Shown: positions 50,111 through 59,876, numbered from the stretch's first letter. The stretch: DNA of 64,000 nt from an uncultured Clostridia bacterium (GCA_944381075.1 CALWJT010000037.1:57879-121878); one strand, 5' to 3'. The notes: generated from the letters alone by a model not told the origin. Program-made: numbers and translations.

Positions 50111-52099
50111 ATGAGATTCAGACAGGTTCATCTTGATTTTCATACGAGCGAATGCCTTTCGGGGATCGGCAGCAGGTTTTCAAAGGAGCAGTTTCAGCGC
50201 GCGCTGAAGCTTGGGCACGTGGATTCCATCACTTTGTTTTCCAAATGCCATCACGGATGGGCGTATCATCCTTCCGAAGCGAACGAAATGCATCCGGGAC
50301 TGGATTTTGATCTTTTGGGCGCGCAGATAGAGGCCGCTCATGAGATCGGCGTAAAAACGCCGGTATATCTTTCCGCTGGACTGGATGAAAAAACGGCGCG
50401 CCGCCATCCCGAATGGCTGCTGCGCAATGCGGACGAGACCATCGGCTGGACGCCGGATTTCACACGGCCGGGCTACCACAGGCTTTGCTTCGGGACTCCG
50501 TATCTCGACTATCTTTTGGCGCAGATCGCGGAGGTATGCGAAAATTACGACGCGGATGGCATTTTCCTGGATATCGTCGGGATCATTCCGTGCTATTGTC
50601 AGACCTGTGTGCATAGGATGCGTGAGCGCGGGTGGGATCCGTATAAGCCGGAAAATGCCTACCGTCTTGCGGTGGAAACCTATTTAAACTATACGCGGCG
50701 TGTCAGAGAAACCATTGACAGATACCATCCCGGTATGCCGGTTTTCCACAATGCAGGACATATCGACATCGGCAACCGCGAGTTTGCGCATGCCAATACG
50801 CATCTGGAGCTGGAAAGCCTGCCGACCGGCGGCTGGGGATATGACCACTTTCCGTTGTCTGCGGCATATGCAAGGACGCTCGGCATGGAATATCTCGGCA
50901 TGACGGGAAAGTTCCATCGGAGCTGGGGAGAATTCGGGGGCTTCAAGCATCCGAACGCGCTTCGCTATGAAGCGGCGCTGTCTCTTGCCAACGGTGCGAA
51001 GTGCTCCATTGGAGACCAGCTGCATCCTCTCGGATTCATGGAGGAGGCGACCTACAGACTGATCGGTGCGGCTTATGCCGAGGTGGAGAAAAAGGAGCCC
51101 TGGTGCGGCCATGTGGAAGCGGTCGCCGATGTCGCGATCCTTTCGCAGGAGGCGGTTTTCCACCATATGCACCCTGCGGAGTGTCCGCCCGAACGCAATT
51201 CATGGAAGGGGAGCGCCGGCGCCTCAAGGATCCTGCTCGAGGGCAAATATTTATTCGATGTGGTAGATACAGAAGAGGACTTTGACCGCTATAAAGTGCT
51301 GATTCTGACCGATGATTCTCTTGTCGATGATAAGATCGCAGATAAGCTGCGCGCCTTCGCCGCAGGCGGCGGAAAGATCCTTGCCTCCGGAGAATCGGCT
51401 CTCTACGCCGATGGGCGCGGCTTTGCCGTGGACCTCGGCGCCGAGGCGATAGGAAAGGCAAAATTCGTTCCAAGCTATCTGCGTCCGAAATTCGAGATGA
51501 ACGGGCTCTGGAACGCTGCCTACGTCATATACGAACCTTCGATGGAAGTCCGCGCGACAGGCGAGGTGATCGGCCTTCGAGAGGACCCGTACTTCGAGAG
51601 GACAGTCGAGCATTTTTCCAGTCATGCACAGACGCCGAACGATATTTCCAAATCCTATCCTGCGATCACGGTCGGACGCGACGGCGCTTATATTGCATAC
51701 AATATTTTTATGGAATATGCAAAGATGGGCTCTCTTATCGCGCGCGAGACGGTGACGCATGTGCTGGACCTTTTGCTCGGCGAGGAAAAGACGCTTACGA
51801 CGAACCTTCCGGCGCAGGGCGTGACGACGCTGATGCGGCAGGAAGCAGAGCACCGTTATGTCAATCATCTTCTGTATGCGGCGCCGGTGAGACGCGGCGA
51901 GCGCACGGAAATCATTGAAGACCTTGTCCCGATCTATGGGACGGAGGTGTCCTTGAAGCTGTGTAAGGCGCCCTCGCGCGTATATCTTGCCCCGCAGATG
52001 AAGGACATTGATTTCAGCTATGACGACGGGATACTGACCTATACGGTGGATCGCTTTGAATGCCATCAAATGGTTGTCATCGAGGATTCAGGGGTTTAA
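50111..52099 (+). CDS. putative glycoside hydrolase (GHL6 / GH42-like TIM barrel plus beta-galactosidase-trimerisation-like domain)
   Basis: MRFRQVHLDFHTSE...SITLFSKCHHGWAYHPS... resembles, from memory, the 'hypothetical glycosyl hydrolase 6' family. RBS AAAGGAGAA. Starts 12 nt after infB. Confidence 0.5.
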   Translation: MRFRQVHLDFHTSECLSGIGSRFSKEQFQRALKLGHVDSITLFSKCHHGWAYHPSEANEMHPGLDFDLLGAQIEAAHEIGVKTPVYLSAGLDEKTARRHPEWLLRNADETIGWTPDFTRPGYHRLCFGTPYLDYLLAQIAEVCENYDADGIFLDIVGIIPCYCQTCVHRMRERGWDPYKPENAYRLAVETYLNYTRRVRETIDRYHPGMPVFHNAGHIDIGNREFAHANTHLELESLPTGGWGYDHFPLSAAYARTLGMEYLGMTGKFHRSWGEFGGFKHPNALRYEAALSLANGAKCSIGDQLHPLGFMEEATYRLIGAAYAEVEKKEPWCGHVEAVADVAILSQEAVFHHMHPAECPPERNSWKGSAGASRILLEGKYLFDVVDTEEDFDRYKVLILTDDSLVDDKIADKLRAFAAGGGKILASGESALYADGRGFAVDLGAEAIGKAKFVPSYLRPKFEMNGLWNAAYVIYEPSMEVRATGEVIGLREDPYFERTVEHFSSHAQTPNDISKSYPAITVGRDGAYIAYNIFMEYAKMGSLIARETVTHVLDLLLGEEKTLTTNLPAQGVTTLMRQEAEHRYVNHLLYAAPVRRGERTEIIEDLVPIYGTEVSLKLCKAPSRVYLAPQMKDIDFSYDDGILTYTVDRFECHQMVVIEDSGV

Positions 52100-52112
52100 G
52101 AGCAGGGAAAGC

Positions 52113-52146
52113 AAAAAGGCTGCGGCAGGTTTGCCGCAGCCTTTTT
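52113..52146 (+). terminator. intrinsic terminator ending the rimP...infB-GH transcription unit
   Basis: AAAAAGGCTGCGGCA-GGTT-TGCCGCAGCCTTTTT. Confidence 0.85.
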
Positions 52147-52324
52147 ATGTAAAAAACAGGAAATTTTCCTCTACTTTCCTTTTCACCGCTTTTCGCTGTA
52201 TTTCCGCGGGGATGCTTGAAAAATTGACGCACGCTTCAAATATTTGTTCCAAATAAAAAAAGATACGCAGCGCAAAATAATGACGGACGAAAAAGTCCGA
52301 ATCATAAATAAGGGAGACAGCAAA

Positions 52325-52513
52325 ATGCCGGTTATCACATCCAAAGAGCTGGGGACCATTCAGGACCAGCTCAATCTTGAGAGAAATCTCGTCAACAAAT
52401 ATACCGAATATGCGGAGAGCACAAACGATACGGTGCTCAAGCAAAAATACGAACAGATCGCAGCAAAGCATGAAAGTCATTATGAATCGCTTTTCTGCTA
52501 TCTTACGAAATAA
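52325..52513 (+). CDS. small helical protein paired with the CotF-like gene (spore-coat associated?)
   Basis: MPVITSKELGTIQDQLNLERNLVNKYTEYAESTNDTVLKQKYEQIAAKHESHYESL. ATG after GGGAGA. Adjacent to the Coat_F gene, an arrangement common in Clostridia. Confidence 0.6.
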   Translation: MPVITSKELGTIQDQLNLERNLVNKYTEYAESTNDTVLKQKYEQIAAKHESHYESLFCYLTK

Positions 52514-52525
52514 GGAGGTAGAAAA

Positions 52526-52783
52526 ATGGTACAGCCTTCTTTTTCCGACAAAGACAGAATTACGGATGCCCTGAATTCTCAGAAGTATATCACCGATCAT
52601 TATAACAATTTTGCCAACGAAGCGGCATCGCCCGAGCTTCGCGGTACGGTCATGCAGATTTTGACGGAGGAGCACGATATCCAGTTCGATCTTTTCCGGG
52701 AGATGAGCAGCCGCGGCTGGTATCCGACGGAAGTTGCCGATGCCCAAAAGGTGACGGAAGCAAGAAATAAATATCAGCAGTAA
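52526..52783 (+). CDS. spore coat protein, CotF (Coat_F) domain
   Basis: DKDRITDALNSQKYITDHYNNFANEAASPELRGTVMQILTEEHDIQFDLFREMSSRGWY matches the Coat_F pattern. Confidence 0.8.
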   Translation: MVQPSFSDKDRITDALNSQKYITDHYNNFANEAASPELRGTVMQILTEEHDIQFDLFREMSSRGWYPTEVADAQKVTEARNKYQQ

Positions 52784-52787
52784 GCGT

Positions 52788-52826
52788 AAAAGATGCGCCG
52801 GACTTTTTATCCGGCGTATCTTTTAT
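52788..52826. terminator. bidirectional terminator
   Basis: AAAGATGCGCCGGA-CTTTTTA-TCCGGCGTATCTTT (one G-U pair). Confidence 0.7.
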
Positions 52827-53044
52827 TTTGCTTTTTTGTATTTTTCAGAGCCGTCGAGAGCGGTAACGGGAACGTCGGCGATATCACAGTAGGACTGTGC
52901 TTCTTCTTCCGTTCCGGGAATGGTCGGCGTAATTCCGGTGCAATCCGTTGCCGACGCGATCGGATTGGTCAAAAAGGCGTCCTTGGAGTAATCCGCAGCG
53001 CTTTTATAGTACCGTTCCTTCCGGGATTTATTTTTCAGTGCCAT
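52823..53044 (-). CDS. small hypothetical protein (73 aa)
   Basis: Internal start MALKNKSRKERYYKSAADYSKDAFLTNPIASATDCTGITPTIPGTEEEAQSYCDIADVPVTALDGSEKYKKAK with RBS AAAGGA. The N-terminal part of the track ORF (to 53248) is implausible. Confidence 0.5.
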   Translation of the reverse strand: MALKNKSRKERYYKSAADYSKDAFLTNPIASATDCTGITPTIPGTEEEAQSYCDIADVPVTALDGSEKYKKAK

Positions 53045-53189
53045 TTTATATCCTTTCCCTTTATATTGATAGTCGGAATCTATTTTTATTTTTTCACAGA
53101 AAAAGAACGGATATACGTGTCGGCCTTGACAAAAACAGCGTGCTGAGGTAAAATAATACATCATAGCTTTGTCAGAGGGAGAGAAGATC

Positions 53190-53597
53190 ATGGCAAAAAA
53201 ATTAGGAATCGCGGGATCATTTTGCATATTCTTCCTTTTTTTGTGCATGCTTTCTTCCTGCGGTCCGGCGTCCTATGCCGAAGAAACAGAGCCGCCGACG
53301 GTCATTACGGCGGATCTTTCATTGGACGTTCTATATGACATTCTGGCGGAAAAGGGCGATGATATTCGGTTTTCCGATATCCCGGAGCAATATTTTTATG
53401 TGATCTCCTCGGCATTGGTCCCGCAGCTTCGGTACCCGATCGATGAAAACACTTCCTTCTATATCATGCAGCTTTCGGAGGATGAATTTTCGATCATTCT
53501 TACCGTCGCAACGGAAGAGGGAAGCTTGGACTACAGCGGTGCGGAAGAAATCATGTCTTATATTGAGGGCTTATCGGAGTCTGCGGAAGCTGACTGA
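53190..53597 (+). CDS. lipoprotein of unknown function (1 of 3 in tandem)
   Basis: MAKKLGIAGSFCIFFLFLCMLSSCGPAS has a lipobox. ATG after GGGAGAG. Confidence 0.6.
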   Translation: MAKKLGIAGSFCIFFLFLCMLSSCGPASYAEETEPPTVITADLSLDVLYDILAEKGDDIRFSDIPEQYFYVISSALVPQLRYPIDENTSFYIMQLSEDEFSIILTVATEEGSLDYSGAEEIMSYIEGLSESAEAD

Positions 53598-53650
53598 CGA
53601 CTGACGGATGATGAAAATTTTACCGGATTTTCCGGAGGAAGGATTACCAT

Positions 53651-54274
53651 ATGAAAAAGTTTATCAGTATGATGACGGCGGTACTTCTTGCCGCAATTCT
53701 TTTTGCCTGCGGAGAAGCCTCCGATGCGGAAACGACAGGGAATACAGAGCCTCCCGTGCAGACCTCGGGCACGGAAGCTACGTCCTCGAATGCGGAATCG
53801 ACGCCGGGGGAAACTTCCTCTGTGCAAACGACGAGCGCGCAGGAGACCAAAGCGGCAGAAACCACTTCCGCTTCCGAAGAAACCACGACGGATTCCTCTG
53901 TCCCTGCGGGAGCGCCGGTCGTTTTGGTGACAAACGGGAGCGAAAATGTTTCCTGTTATATGACGGAGCAGTCCCCCGGGATTGCGGGCGGCTTTGATCT
54001 GACAGAGGACTATACGCTTCTTCCGACGCTTGTGGGCGAGAGCTTTTCTCTTGTCGCGTCGGCGGACCGCGACGACCTCTATTACGGGACCTATATGCTT
54101 TACGATAAAAACTTCGAGTCGCAGGGCATGTATTCTTTCAATGAACAGCATCAGATTATCGATACGGCATCTGAGGCGGGTACTTATTATGTGAGGATAA
54201 CCGTTACCGTAGGAGACCCGATTTTATCTACGGAAGTCTATTATGCGTGGGCCGCTCTCATTCTTTCTGAGTAA
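53651..54274 (+). CDS. lipoprotein of unknown function (2 of 3) with Ser/Thr/Glu-rich linker
   Basis: MKKFISMMTAVLLAAILFACGEAS has a lipobox, followed by a T/S/E-rich low-complexity segment of about 70 aa. Confidence 0.6.
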   Translation: MKKFISMMTAVLLAAILFACGEASDAETTGNTEPPVQTSGTEATSSNAESTPGETSSVQTTSAQETKAAETTSASEETTTDSSVPAGAPVVLVTNGSENVSCYMTEQSPGIAGGFDLTEDYTLLPTLVGESFSLVASADRDDLYYGTYMLYDKNFESQGMYSFNEQHQIIDTASEAGTYYVRITVTVGDPILSTEVYYAWAALILSE

Positions 54275-54343
54275 AAGGTGAGATGATAGGGGGAGCATCT
54301 TCGACCAATAACCAAAGCACAGCAGATTGTCGGAGGTGCAGAA

Positions 54344-54976
54344 ATGAAAAAAATCCTTTTGATATTTCTTGCGGGGGTACTTTTGATTGCTTCCGCTTGC
54401 TCCTGTTCGGCGCAGCCGTTTTCCTTTGGAGAGGAATCGTCGTTGAGATTCGATAAGGAAGAGGGCGGTATGCCGTTTCAAGACGGGGCTGAGACGGAGA
54501 CCCATTCCTACGAGCAGACCACCGGAAACGATGGGACCGGTACCGCTTTGGAACGTTTGGAGAAGCCTTCCGTCACGTTCACACGAGTGAGCAAGGATGT
54601 CCAGCCGTACAGTGAGCTGGTTTATATTCAGGCTTCAGAGGAAGGCTTCTTCGCCGACGGCTTCTTGATGTTTGAAAGCGTCTGCGACCGCCTGCCGGAT
54701 ATTCTGAAAGATATCCCTGATATCATTCTTGATCCTTCATCCAAGCTGAATATCCTTGCAGCGCCGGGCGTTTCCGTTCAGCCGGAGATCCGCTATCAGA
54801 TTTATGGCTTTGAGGATTACCGGTTCGTTTTTGAAGCCGACAGTCTTGCGGAGATCGCCGCTTACTGTCAGTCGGCGGCAGAGCATTGTTTTTATCTTTA
54901 TTTTTCGGTTACGACTGTGTGCGAAGCCGGCACGCGCCGCGACGCCTATTTTGCTAGGATCAGCATTGCGGCATAG
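54344..54976 (+). CDS. lipoprotein of unknown function (3 of 3)
   Basis: MKKILLIFLAGVLLIASACSCSAQ has a lipobox. Confidence 0.6.
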   Translation: MKKILLIFLAGVLLIASACSCSAQPFSFGEESSLRFDKEEGGMPFQDGAETETHSYEQTTGNDGTGTALERLEKPSVTFTRVSKDVQPYSELVYIQASEEGFFADGFLMFESVCDRLPDILKDIPDIILDPSSKLNILAAPGVSVQPEIRYQIYGFEDYRFVFEADSLAEIAAYCQSAAEHCFYLYFSVTTVCEAGTRRDAYFARISIAA

Positions 54977-55029
54977 TTTTCATCTTCCGGCTGGATAAAG
55001 CGGGGTTTTGACGGAAGGGAATTTGCGGA

Positions 55030-55066
55030 AGTCTTTGCGACTTCCGCAAATTTTTTGAAAAAGGAC
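55030..55066 (+). terminator. intrinsic terminator
   Basis: AATTTGCGGAAGTC-TTTGC-GACTTCCGCAAATT+TTTTTG. Confidence 0.85.
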
Positions 55067-55169
55067 AAAAAAATACAAAATATATATTCCATTTTCAAAA
55101 AATTTGTGCTATACTATATAAGTTAAATCAAAAAAAGTGAAAATCAAATCAAAAGCGAGGATATAGGAC

Positions 55170-57011
55170 TTGAAACGAGAAGATTTGCGAAATGTCGCCA
55201 TTATCGCTCACGTCGATCACGGCAAGACGACGCTGGTCGATGAAATGCTCAAGCAGGGCGGTATTTATAGAGAAAATCAGGCGACGGAAGAGCGTGTGAT
55301 GGATTCCAACGCCATCGAAAGAGAACGCGGCATCACGATTCTTGCCAAAAATACCGCCGTTCATTATAACGGCGTGAAGATCAATATCGTCGATACGCCC
55401 GGGCATGCGGATTTCGGCGGCGAGGTCGAGCGTATCCTGAAAATGGTCAACGGCGTCATTCTGCTGGTCGATGCTGCCGAGGGCCCGATGCCGCAGACGC
55501 GGTTTGTCCTGAAAAAGGCGCTGGAGCTGAACCACCGCGTCATCGTCGTCGTCAATAAGATCGACCGTCCCGACGCACGGCTCGACGAGGTCGGAGACGA
55601 GATTTTAGAGCTTCTGCTTGAGCTCAACGCAACGGACGAGCAGCTCGACTCGCCGATGCTGTGGTGCTCCGGCAGGACCGGCACCGCTTCCTATTCTCCC
55701 TATGAGCCGGGAAAAGATTTAAAGCCATTATTCGATACGATCTTAGATTATATCCCTGCGCCGGAGGGCGAGGTCGACGCGCCGCTCCAGCTTCTGGTAT
55801 CCTCTATCGATTACAATGATTATGTAGGCAGGATCGGGATTGGACGCATCGAGCGCGGCACCATCCGCCAGAACCAGGAGGCGATGATCTGCAACTTCCA
55901 TGATAAGGACAAGCCGCCGGTCAAGACCAAGATCGTCAGCATCAGCCAGATCGACGGTCTGCGCCGCATTCCGGTGACGGAGGCGAAAATGGGAGATATC
56001 ATCTGCTTTTCCGGCGCCGCGGATATTTCCATCGGCGATACCATCACGGCGGTCGACTGCGTGGAGCCGCTGGAATTCGTCAAGGTCAGCGAGCCGACCA
56101 TGGAAATGACGTTTTCCGTCAACGACAGCCCGTTCGCCGGCAAAGAGGGAAAATTCGTAACTTCCCGCCAGCTGCGCGAGCGCCTTTATAAGGAGCTGCT
56201 GCGGGATGTATCCCTGCGCGTGTCCGACGGGGAGACGACGGACTGCTTCAAGGTCGCCGGACGCGGAGAGATGCATCTTTCCATCCTCATTGAAAATATG
56301 CGGCGTGAAGGATATGAGCTGTGCGTCAGTACGCCGCGCGTGCTGTATCAGCAGATCGACGGCAAGCTTTGCGAACCGATCGAGCGGGTGGAAATCGATG
56401 TGCCGAGCGAATACTGCGGTTCCGTGATGGAGAAGCTCGGCGCGAGACGGGGCGAGCTTGTCAACATGAATCCGTCGTCGCACGGAACGCGCACAAGGCT
56501 TGAATATTTGATCCCGACAAGATGTCTGTTCGGCTACCGCAGCGAATTTCTGACGGATACGCGCGGCGAGGGCATCCTCAATTCCGTATTCGATTCCTAC
56601 GCGCCCTACAAGGGCGATATCACGCGCCGCTTTACCGGCTCGCTTGTCGCTTCGGAGGCGGGAGAGTCGACGTCCTACGGCGTATTCAACGCACAGGACA
56701 GAGGCATTATGTTTATCAGCAACCAGTGTCCGGTCTATGAGGGAATGATCGTCGGCGAGAATCCGAAGCAGGGGGATATTGCCGTCAATGTCTGCAAGGA
56801 AAAGCATTTGACCGCGATCCGCTCCAAGGGGGCAGACGAGGCCCTGCGCCTTGTTCCGCCGAAGATCATGAGCCTGGAAGAGGCCATCGAATTCATCGCC
56901 GACGACGAGCTGATCGAGGTCACGCCGAAATCCATACGCCTGCGCAAGCGGATCCTGTCTGCGGACCAGCGCTATAAGCTTGCCGGAAAAATCAAAAAAG
57001 AGGGCAAATGA
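55170..57011 (+). CDS. typA: translational GTPase TypA/BipA
   Basis: [22 protein letters not shown]......., [19 protein letters not shown]. 613 aa. TTG start. Confidence 0.95.
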   Translation: MKREDLRNVAIIAHVDHGKTTLVDEMLKQGGIYRENQATEERVMDSNAIERERGITILAKNTAVHYNGVKINIVDTPGHADFGGEVERILKMVNGVILLVDAAEGPMPQTRFVLKKALELNHRVIVVVNKIDRPDARLDEVGDEILELLLELNATDEQLDSPMLWCSGRTGTASYSPYEPGKDLKPLFDTILDYIPAPEGEVDAPLQLLVSSIDYNDYVGRIGIGRIERGTIRQNQEAMICNFHDKDKPPVKTKIVSISQIDGLRRIPVTEAKMGDIICFSGAADISIGDTITAVDCVEPLEFVKVSEPTMEMTFSVNDSPFAGKEGKFVTSRQLRERLYKELLRDVSLRVSDGETTDCFKVAGRGEMHLSILIENMRREGYELCVSTPRVLYQQIDGKLCEPIERVEIDVPSEYCGSVMEKLGARRGELVNMNPSSHGTRTRLEYLIPTRCLFGYRSEFLTDTRGEGILNSVFDSYAPYKGDITRRFTGSLVASEAGESTSYGVFNAQDRGIMFISNQCPVYEGMIVGENPKQGDIAVNVCKEKHLTAIRSKGADEALRLVPPKIMSLEEAIEFIADDELIEVTPKSIRLRKRILSADQRYKLAGKIKKEGK

Positions 57012-57772
57012 ACAAAAGGGGAGCAGAGAATATGGATGGTGCGTGGAGCCGAACGGCGAGTCTTATCGGTGAGGACGGGGTAAAAAAGCTGTCCTCTGCG
57101 CGCGTCATCCTGTTCGGCGTCGGCGGCGTCGGGTCCTATTGTGCAGAAGCATTGGCAAGGGCCGGCGTCGGGACGATATGCCTTGTAGATCCGGATACGG
57201 TCGCGGTGTCCAATCTCAACCGGCAGCTTGTCGCCCTGCATTCTACGATAGGAAAGAACAAGGCCGAGGTCATGCGGGAACGGATTCTGGATATCAATCC
57301 GAGCGCCCGCGTGACGGCTGTCCGTCTCTTTTATCTGCCGGAGAATGCAGATGAGATCGAGCTTTCGCATTACGATGTGGTGATCGACGCCGTAGATACG
57401 GTTTCGGCGAAAGTCGAGCTTGCTGTCCGTGCGCAGGCGGCGGGAATTCCAATCCTCAGTGCGATGGGAACGGGGAATAAGCTGCATCCGGAGCTTTTGG
57501 AGCTGGCAGACCTTTCCGAAACGGAAGCATGCCCGCTTGCACGTGTCATGCGCAGAGAGCTGCGGGCGCGCGGCATCACGCATATGCGGGTGGTGTATTC
57601 CAGGGAAATCCCGATCGTGCCGAACACAAAGGATGCAAAAACGGATTCTTTATCCGCTGGGAAACGGAGAACGCCGGGAAGCATCTCCTTTGTGCCTTCC
57701 TGCGCAGGGCTCCTGCTTGCTTCTGAGGCAGTCAATATTTTGCTCGGTCCTACGAAACGAGAGAAAAAATAA
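57008..57772 (+). CDS. tcdA: tRNA threonylcarbamoyladenosine dehydratase (ThiF/E1-like)
   Basis: R...LIGE.G..KL....V.LFGVGGVGSY.AEALARAGVG...LVD.D.V.VSNLNRQ. Confidence 0.85.
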   Translation: MNKRGAENMDGAWSRTASLIGEDGVKKLSSARVILFGVGGVGSYCAEALARAGVGTICLVDPDTVAVSNLNRQLVALHSTIGKNKAEVMRERILDINPSARVTAVRLFYLPENADEIELSHYDVVIDAVDTVSAKVELAVRAQAAGIPILSAMGTGNKLHPELLELADLSETEACPLARVMRRELRARGITHMRVVYSREIPIVPNTKDAKTDSLSAGKRRTPGSISFVPSCAGLLLASEAVNILLGPTKREKK

Positions 57773-57849
57773 AATATCGGTTTTTTCATGACAATGCCAG
57801 GTGAGATAAAATTTTTTCATAAAAACATGAATTTTTTATGAAAAAGCTG

Positions 57850-57877
57850 TTGACAAATGTCATTTTTATGATATAAT
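57850..57877 (+). promoter_or_regulatory. near-perfect orphan sigma-A promoter
   Basis: TTGACA (57850-55), 16 nt spacer, TGaTATAAT (-10 at 57872-77). Confidence 0.6.
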
Positions 57878-57883
57878 ATACTC

Positions 57884-57966
57884 GTTGTTTTTCATTTCCA
57901 TGTTTTCAGGTATGGTCCAATAGGGCTGTACTTTCAATAACAGGTTTTTACCTGTTATTTTTTTTT
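57884..57966 (+). ncRNA. candidate small RNA (~80 nt) defined by promoter + terminator
   Basis: The predicted TSS is ~7 nt after the -10. The region ends in AATAACAGG-TTTTTA-CCTGTTATT followed by a long T-run. It has no RBS and no ORF longer than 7 codons. The next gene (hrcA) has its own promoter and CIRCE. Confidence 0.4.
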
Positions 57967-58101
57967 GCAAAAACGAGCTGTTCCGTTTTTGCTCCGGTAA
58001 AGACATCCGCGCGTTTATATGGATATTCGTCGGATTTTGGCACATCTGCATCATGAGTGTTGAAATTAACAAAATATTCATAAAAAAATTGGGGAATACT
58101 C

Positions 58102-58130
58102 TTGACAAAGCCGTGAAATGGTGGTAAAAC
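58102..58130 (+). promoter_or_regulatory. sigma-A promoter of the hrcA-grpE-dnaK-dnaJ operon
   Basis: TTGACA (58102-07), 17 nt spacer, TGgTAAAAC (58125-30), immediately upstream of CIRCE. Confidence 0.6.
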
Positions 58131-58141
58131 TATACTAAAGT

Positions 58142-58168
58142 TTAGCACTTGCATCTGATGAGTGCTAA
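58142..58168 (+). promoter_or_regulatory. CIRCE operator (HrcA binding site)
   Basis: TTAGCACTT-GCATCTGAT-GAGTGCTAA versus consensus TTAGCACTC-N9-GAGTGCTAA (one mismatch). Confidence 0.9.
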
Positions 58169-58183
58169 AAACGGGGTGAAAAA

Positions 58184-59254
58184 ATGGACAATAAGCTTAC
58201 GGTCGGAGGCGATCTCAGCCAAAGGAAAAAGCTTATTCTGCGTTCTGTCATCGAATCGCATATCTCGACCGGCGAGCCGATCGGTTCCAAATATTTGATG
58301 ACGAACTCCGAGATTCCATATTCTTCGGCAACCATTCGCAATGAAATGGCGGAGCTTGAAAATATGGGATATCTTGAACAGCCGCATACCTCGGCCGGCA
58401 GGATACCGACGAGTCTTGGATACCGCTTTTATGTCGATACGCTGATGGAAAGCTACAAGCTCACCACAACCGAGATTGTTTCCTTGAACAACATTATCAA
58501 AAATAAGATGGGGGAGCTGGATTCCATCCTGAAAAGCGCCTCCAAGCTGATTGCATCGATGACGAATTATACGACGGTGGCGGTAAAATCCCATACCGGC
58601 GCGCTCACGGTTTCGCAGTTTTCCTATATGCTTCTTGAACCGACCGCTTTTCTGCTGGTGATGCGGATGTCGGATGGCAATGTGGAAACAAGGCATATCC
58701 GAACGGAAATCCCTGTGGATGAGGAAATACTGAACCGCCTTTCGGTTGTTTTAAATGAAAATTTCAAGAACATTCAGTCCGGGGCGATCACGCTTCCGAT
58801 GATTATGAAAGCAGAATCGGAGATGGAGGGCGCCGGCACGGTGATTTCATCGGTGATCAAAGCGATCTATGATACGATCGGAAAATCAGAAGAGGCGGAC
58901 ATCAACTTTGAGGGCATCAATAAGCTATTGGAGTATCCGGAATTTTCAGATGTCGGACAGATGAAGAAGATCATCCGCATGTTTGAAAACAAGGACGATT
59001 TGATGAAGATCATTGAGAGTGCCGATGATGACAAGGTGAACATCTTCATTGGCCATGACGGAGAGCTTGTTGACAATTCCGCCTTCGTTTTCAAGACCAT
59101 CAAGGTCGGCGGGAAGCCGGTAGGTGCAATCGGTGTATTCGGACCGAGCCGGATGGATTATTCCAAGGTAATTTCCACCGTCGAATATCTTTCAGAGAGT
59201 TTGTCGGGCGAGCGTGCGGCCGGACTTCTGAAAGAGGCGGACGATTCGGAATAG
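58184..59254 (+). CDS. hrcA: heat-inducible transcription repressor HrcA
   Basis: LSQRKKLILRSVIESHISTGEPIGSKYL......PYSSATIRNEMAELE.MGYLEQPHTSAGRIPT..GYR.YVD. Confidence 0.95.
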   Translation: MDNKLTVGGDLSQRKKLILRSVIESHISTGEPIGSKYLMTNSEIPYSSATIRNEMAELENMGYLEQPHTSAGRIPTSLGYRFYVDTLMESYKLTTTEIVSLNNIIKNKMGELDSILKSASKLIASMTNYTTVAVKSHTGALTVSQFSYMLLEPTAFLLVMRMSDGNVETRHIRTEIPVDEEILNRLSVVLNENFKNIQSGAITLPMIMKAESEMEGAGTVISSVIKAIYDTIGKSEEADINFEGINKLLEYPEFSDVGQMKKIIRMFENKDDLMKIIESADDDKVNIFIGHDGELVDNSAFVFKTIKVGGKPVGAIGVFGPSRMDYSKVISTVEYLSESLSGERAAGLLKEADDSE

Positions 59255-59269
59255 AAAGGACATATCAAG

Positions 59270-59806
59270 ATGGATGAAAAAACGGTAAACGAAGAAAATA
59301 AGGAAGCGCCGGATACGGCGGCGCAGGAAAAGGCAGCGAAAACAGAAAAGAAGGAAATCGCAAAGCTGACGGAGGAGCTGGATAAGGCAAAGTCCGAGCT
59401 TGCTGCGCTGAACGACAAGTATCTGCGTATGATGGCGGAATACGACAACTACAGAAAGCGAAGCGGCAAGGAACGCGAGGGCGTCTATGCAGATGCCTAC
59501 GGAGACGCACTGGCCGCCATTCTTCCGGTGATGGACAATTTGGAGCGGGCGCTCGCCTTTTCCGAAGGGGAAACGCTGACCGAGGGCGTCAAAATGACGC
59601 TGCGGCAGTTTGAAGACGCTTTGAAGCGTCTCGGGGTAGAACCGTTCGGCAAGCGGGGCGATGAATTTGATCCCAAGATCCATAACGCCATCATGCAGAC
59701 GGAGGATGAGGAGCTCGGAGAAAATAAGGTCGCCGAGGTGCTTCAGAAGGGCTATACGAAGGGCGATAAGATCCTTCGCCATGCGATGGTGAAGGTTGTG
59801 AAATAA
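59270..59806 (+). CDS. grpE: nucleotide exchange factor GrpE
   Basis: ...L..L.DKYLRM.AEYDNYRKR..KE........A......LP..DNLERAL..........G..M......L...GV....G..FDP..H.A. Confidence 0.95.
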   Translation: MDEKTVNEENKEAPDTAAQEKAAKTEKKEIAKLTEELDKAKSELAALNDKYLRMMAEYDNYRKRSGKEREGVYADAYGDALAAILPVMDNLERALAFSEGETLTEGVKMTLRQFEDALKRLGVEPFGKRGDEFDPKIHNAIMQTEDEELGENKVAEVLQKGYTKGDKILRHAMVKVVK

Positions 59807-59876
59807 TTTATAGATCGCTGAATATATATTATCCATTACAATATATAGAATTTTTACTTTACGGAGGAAATAGATT

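Noticed and set aside
57866-58108. 80-aa minus-strand ORF in the tcdA-hrcA intergenic region
   Set aside because: It is an AT-rich, Asn/Ile/Met-rich sequence with no RBS. The region is better explained by promoters, hairpins and the candidate sRNA on the + strand.
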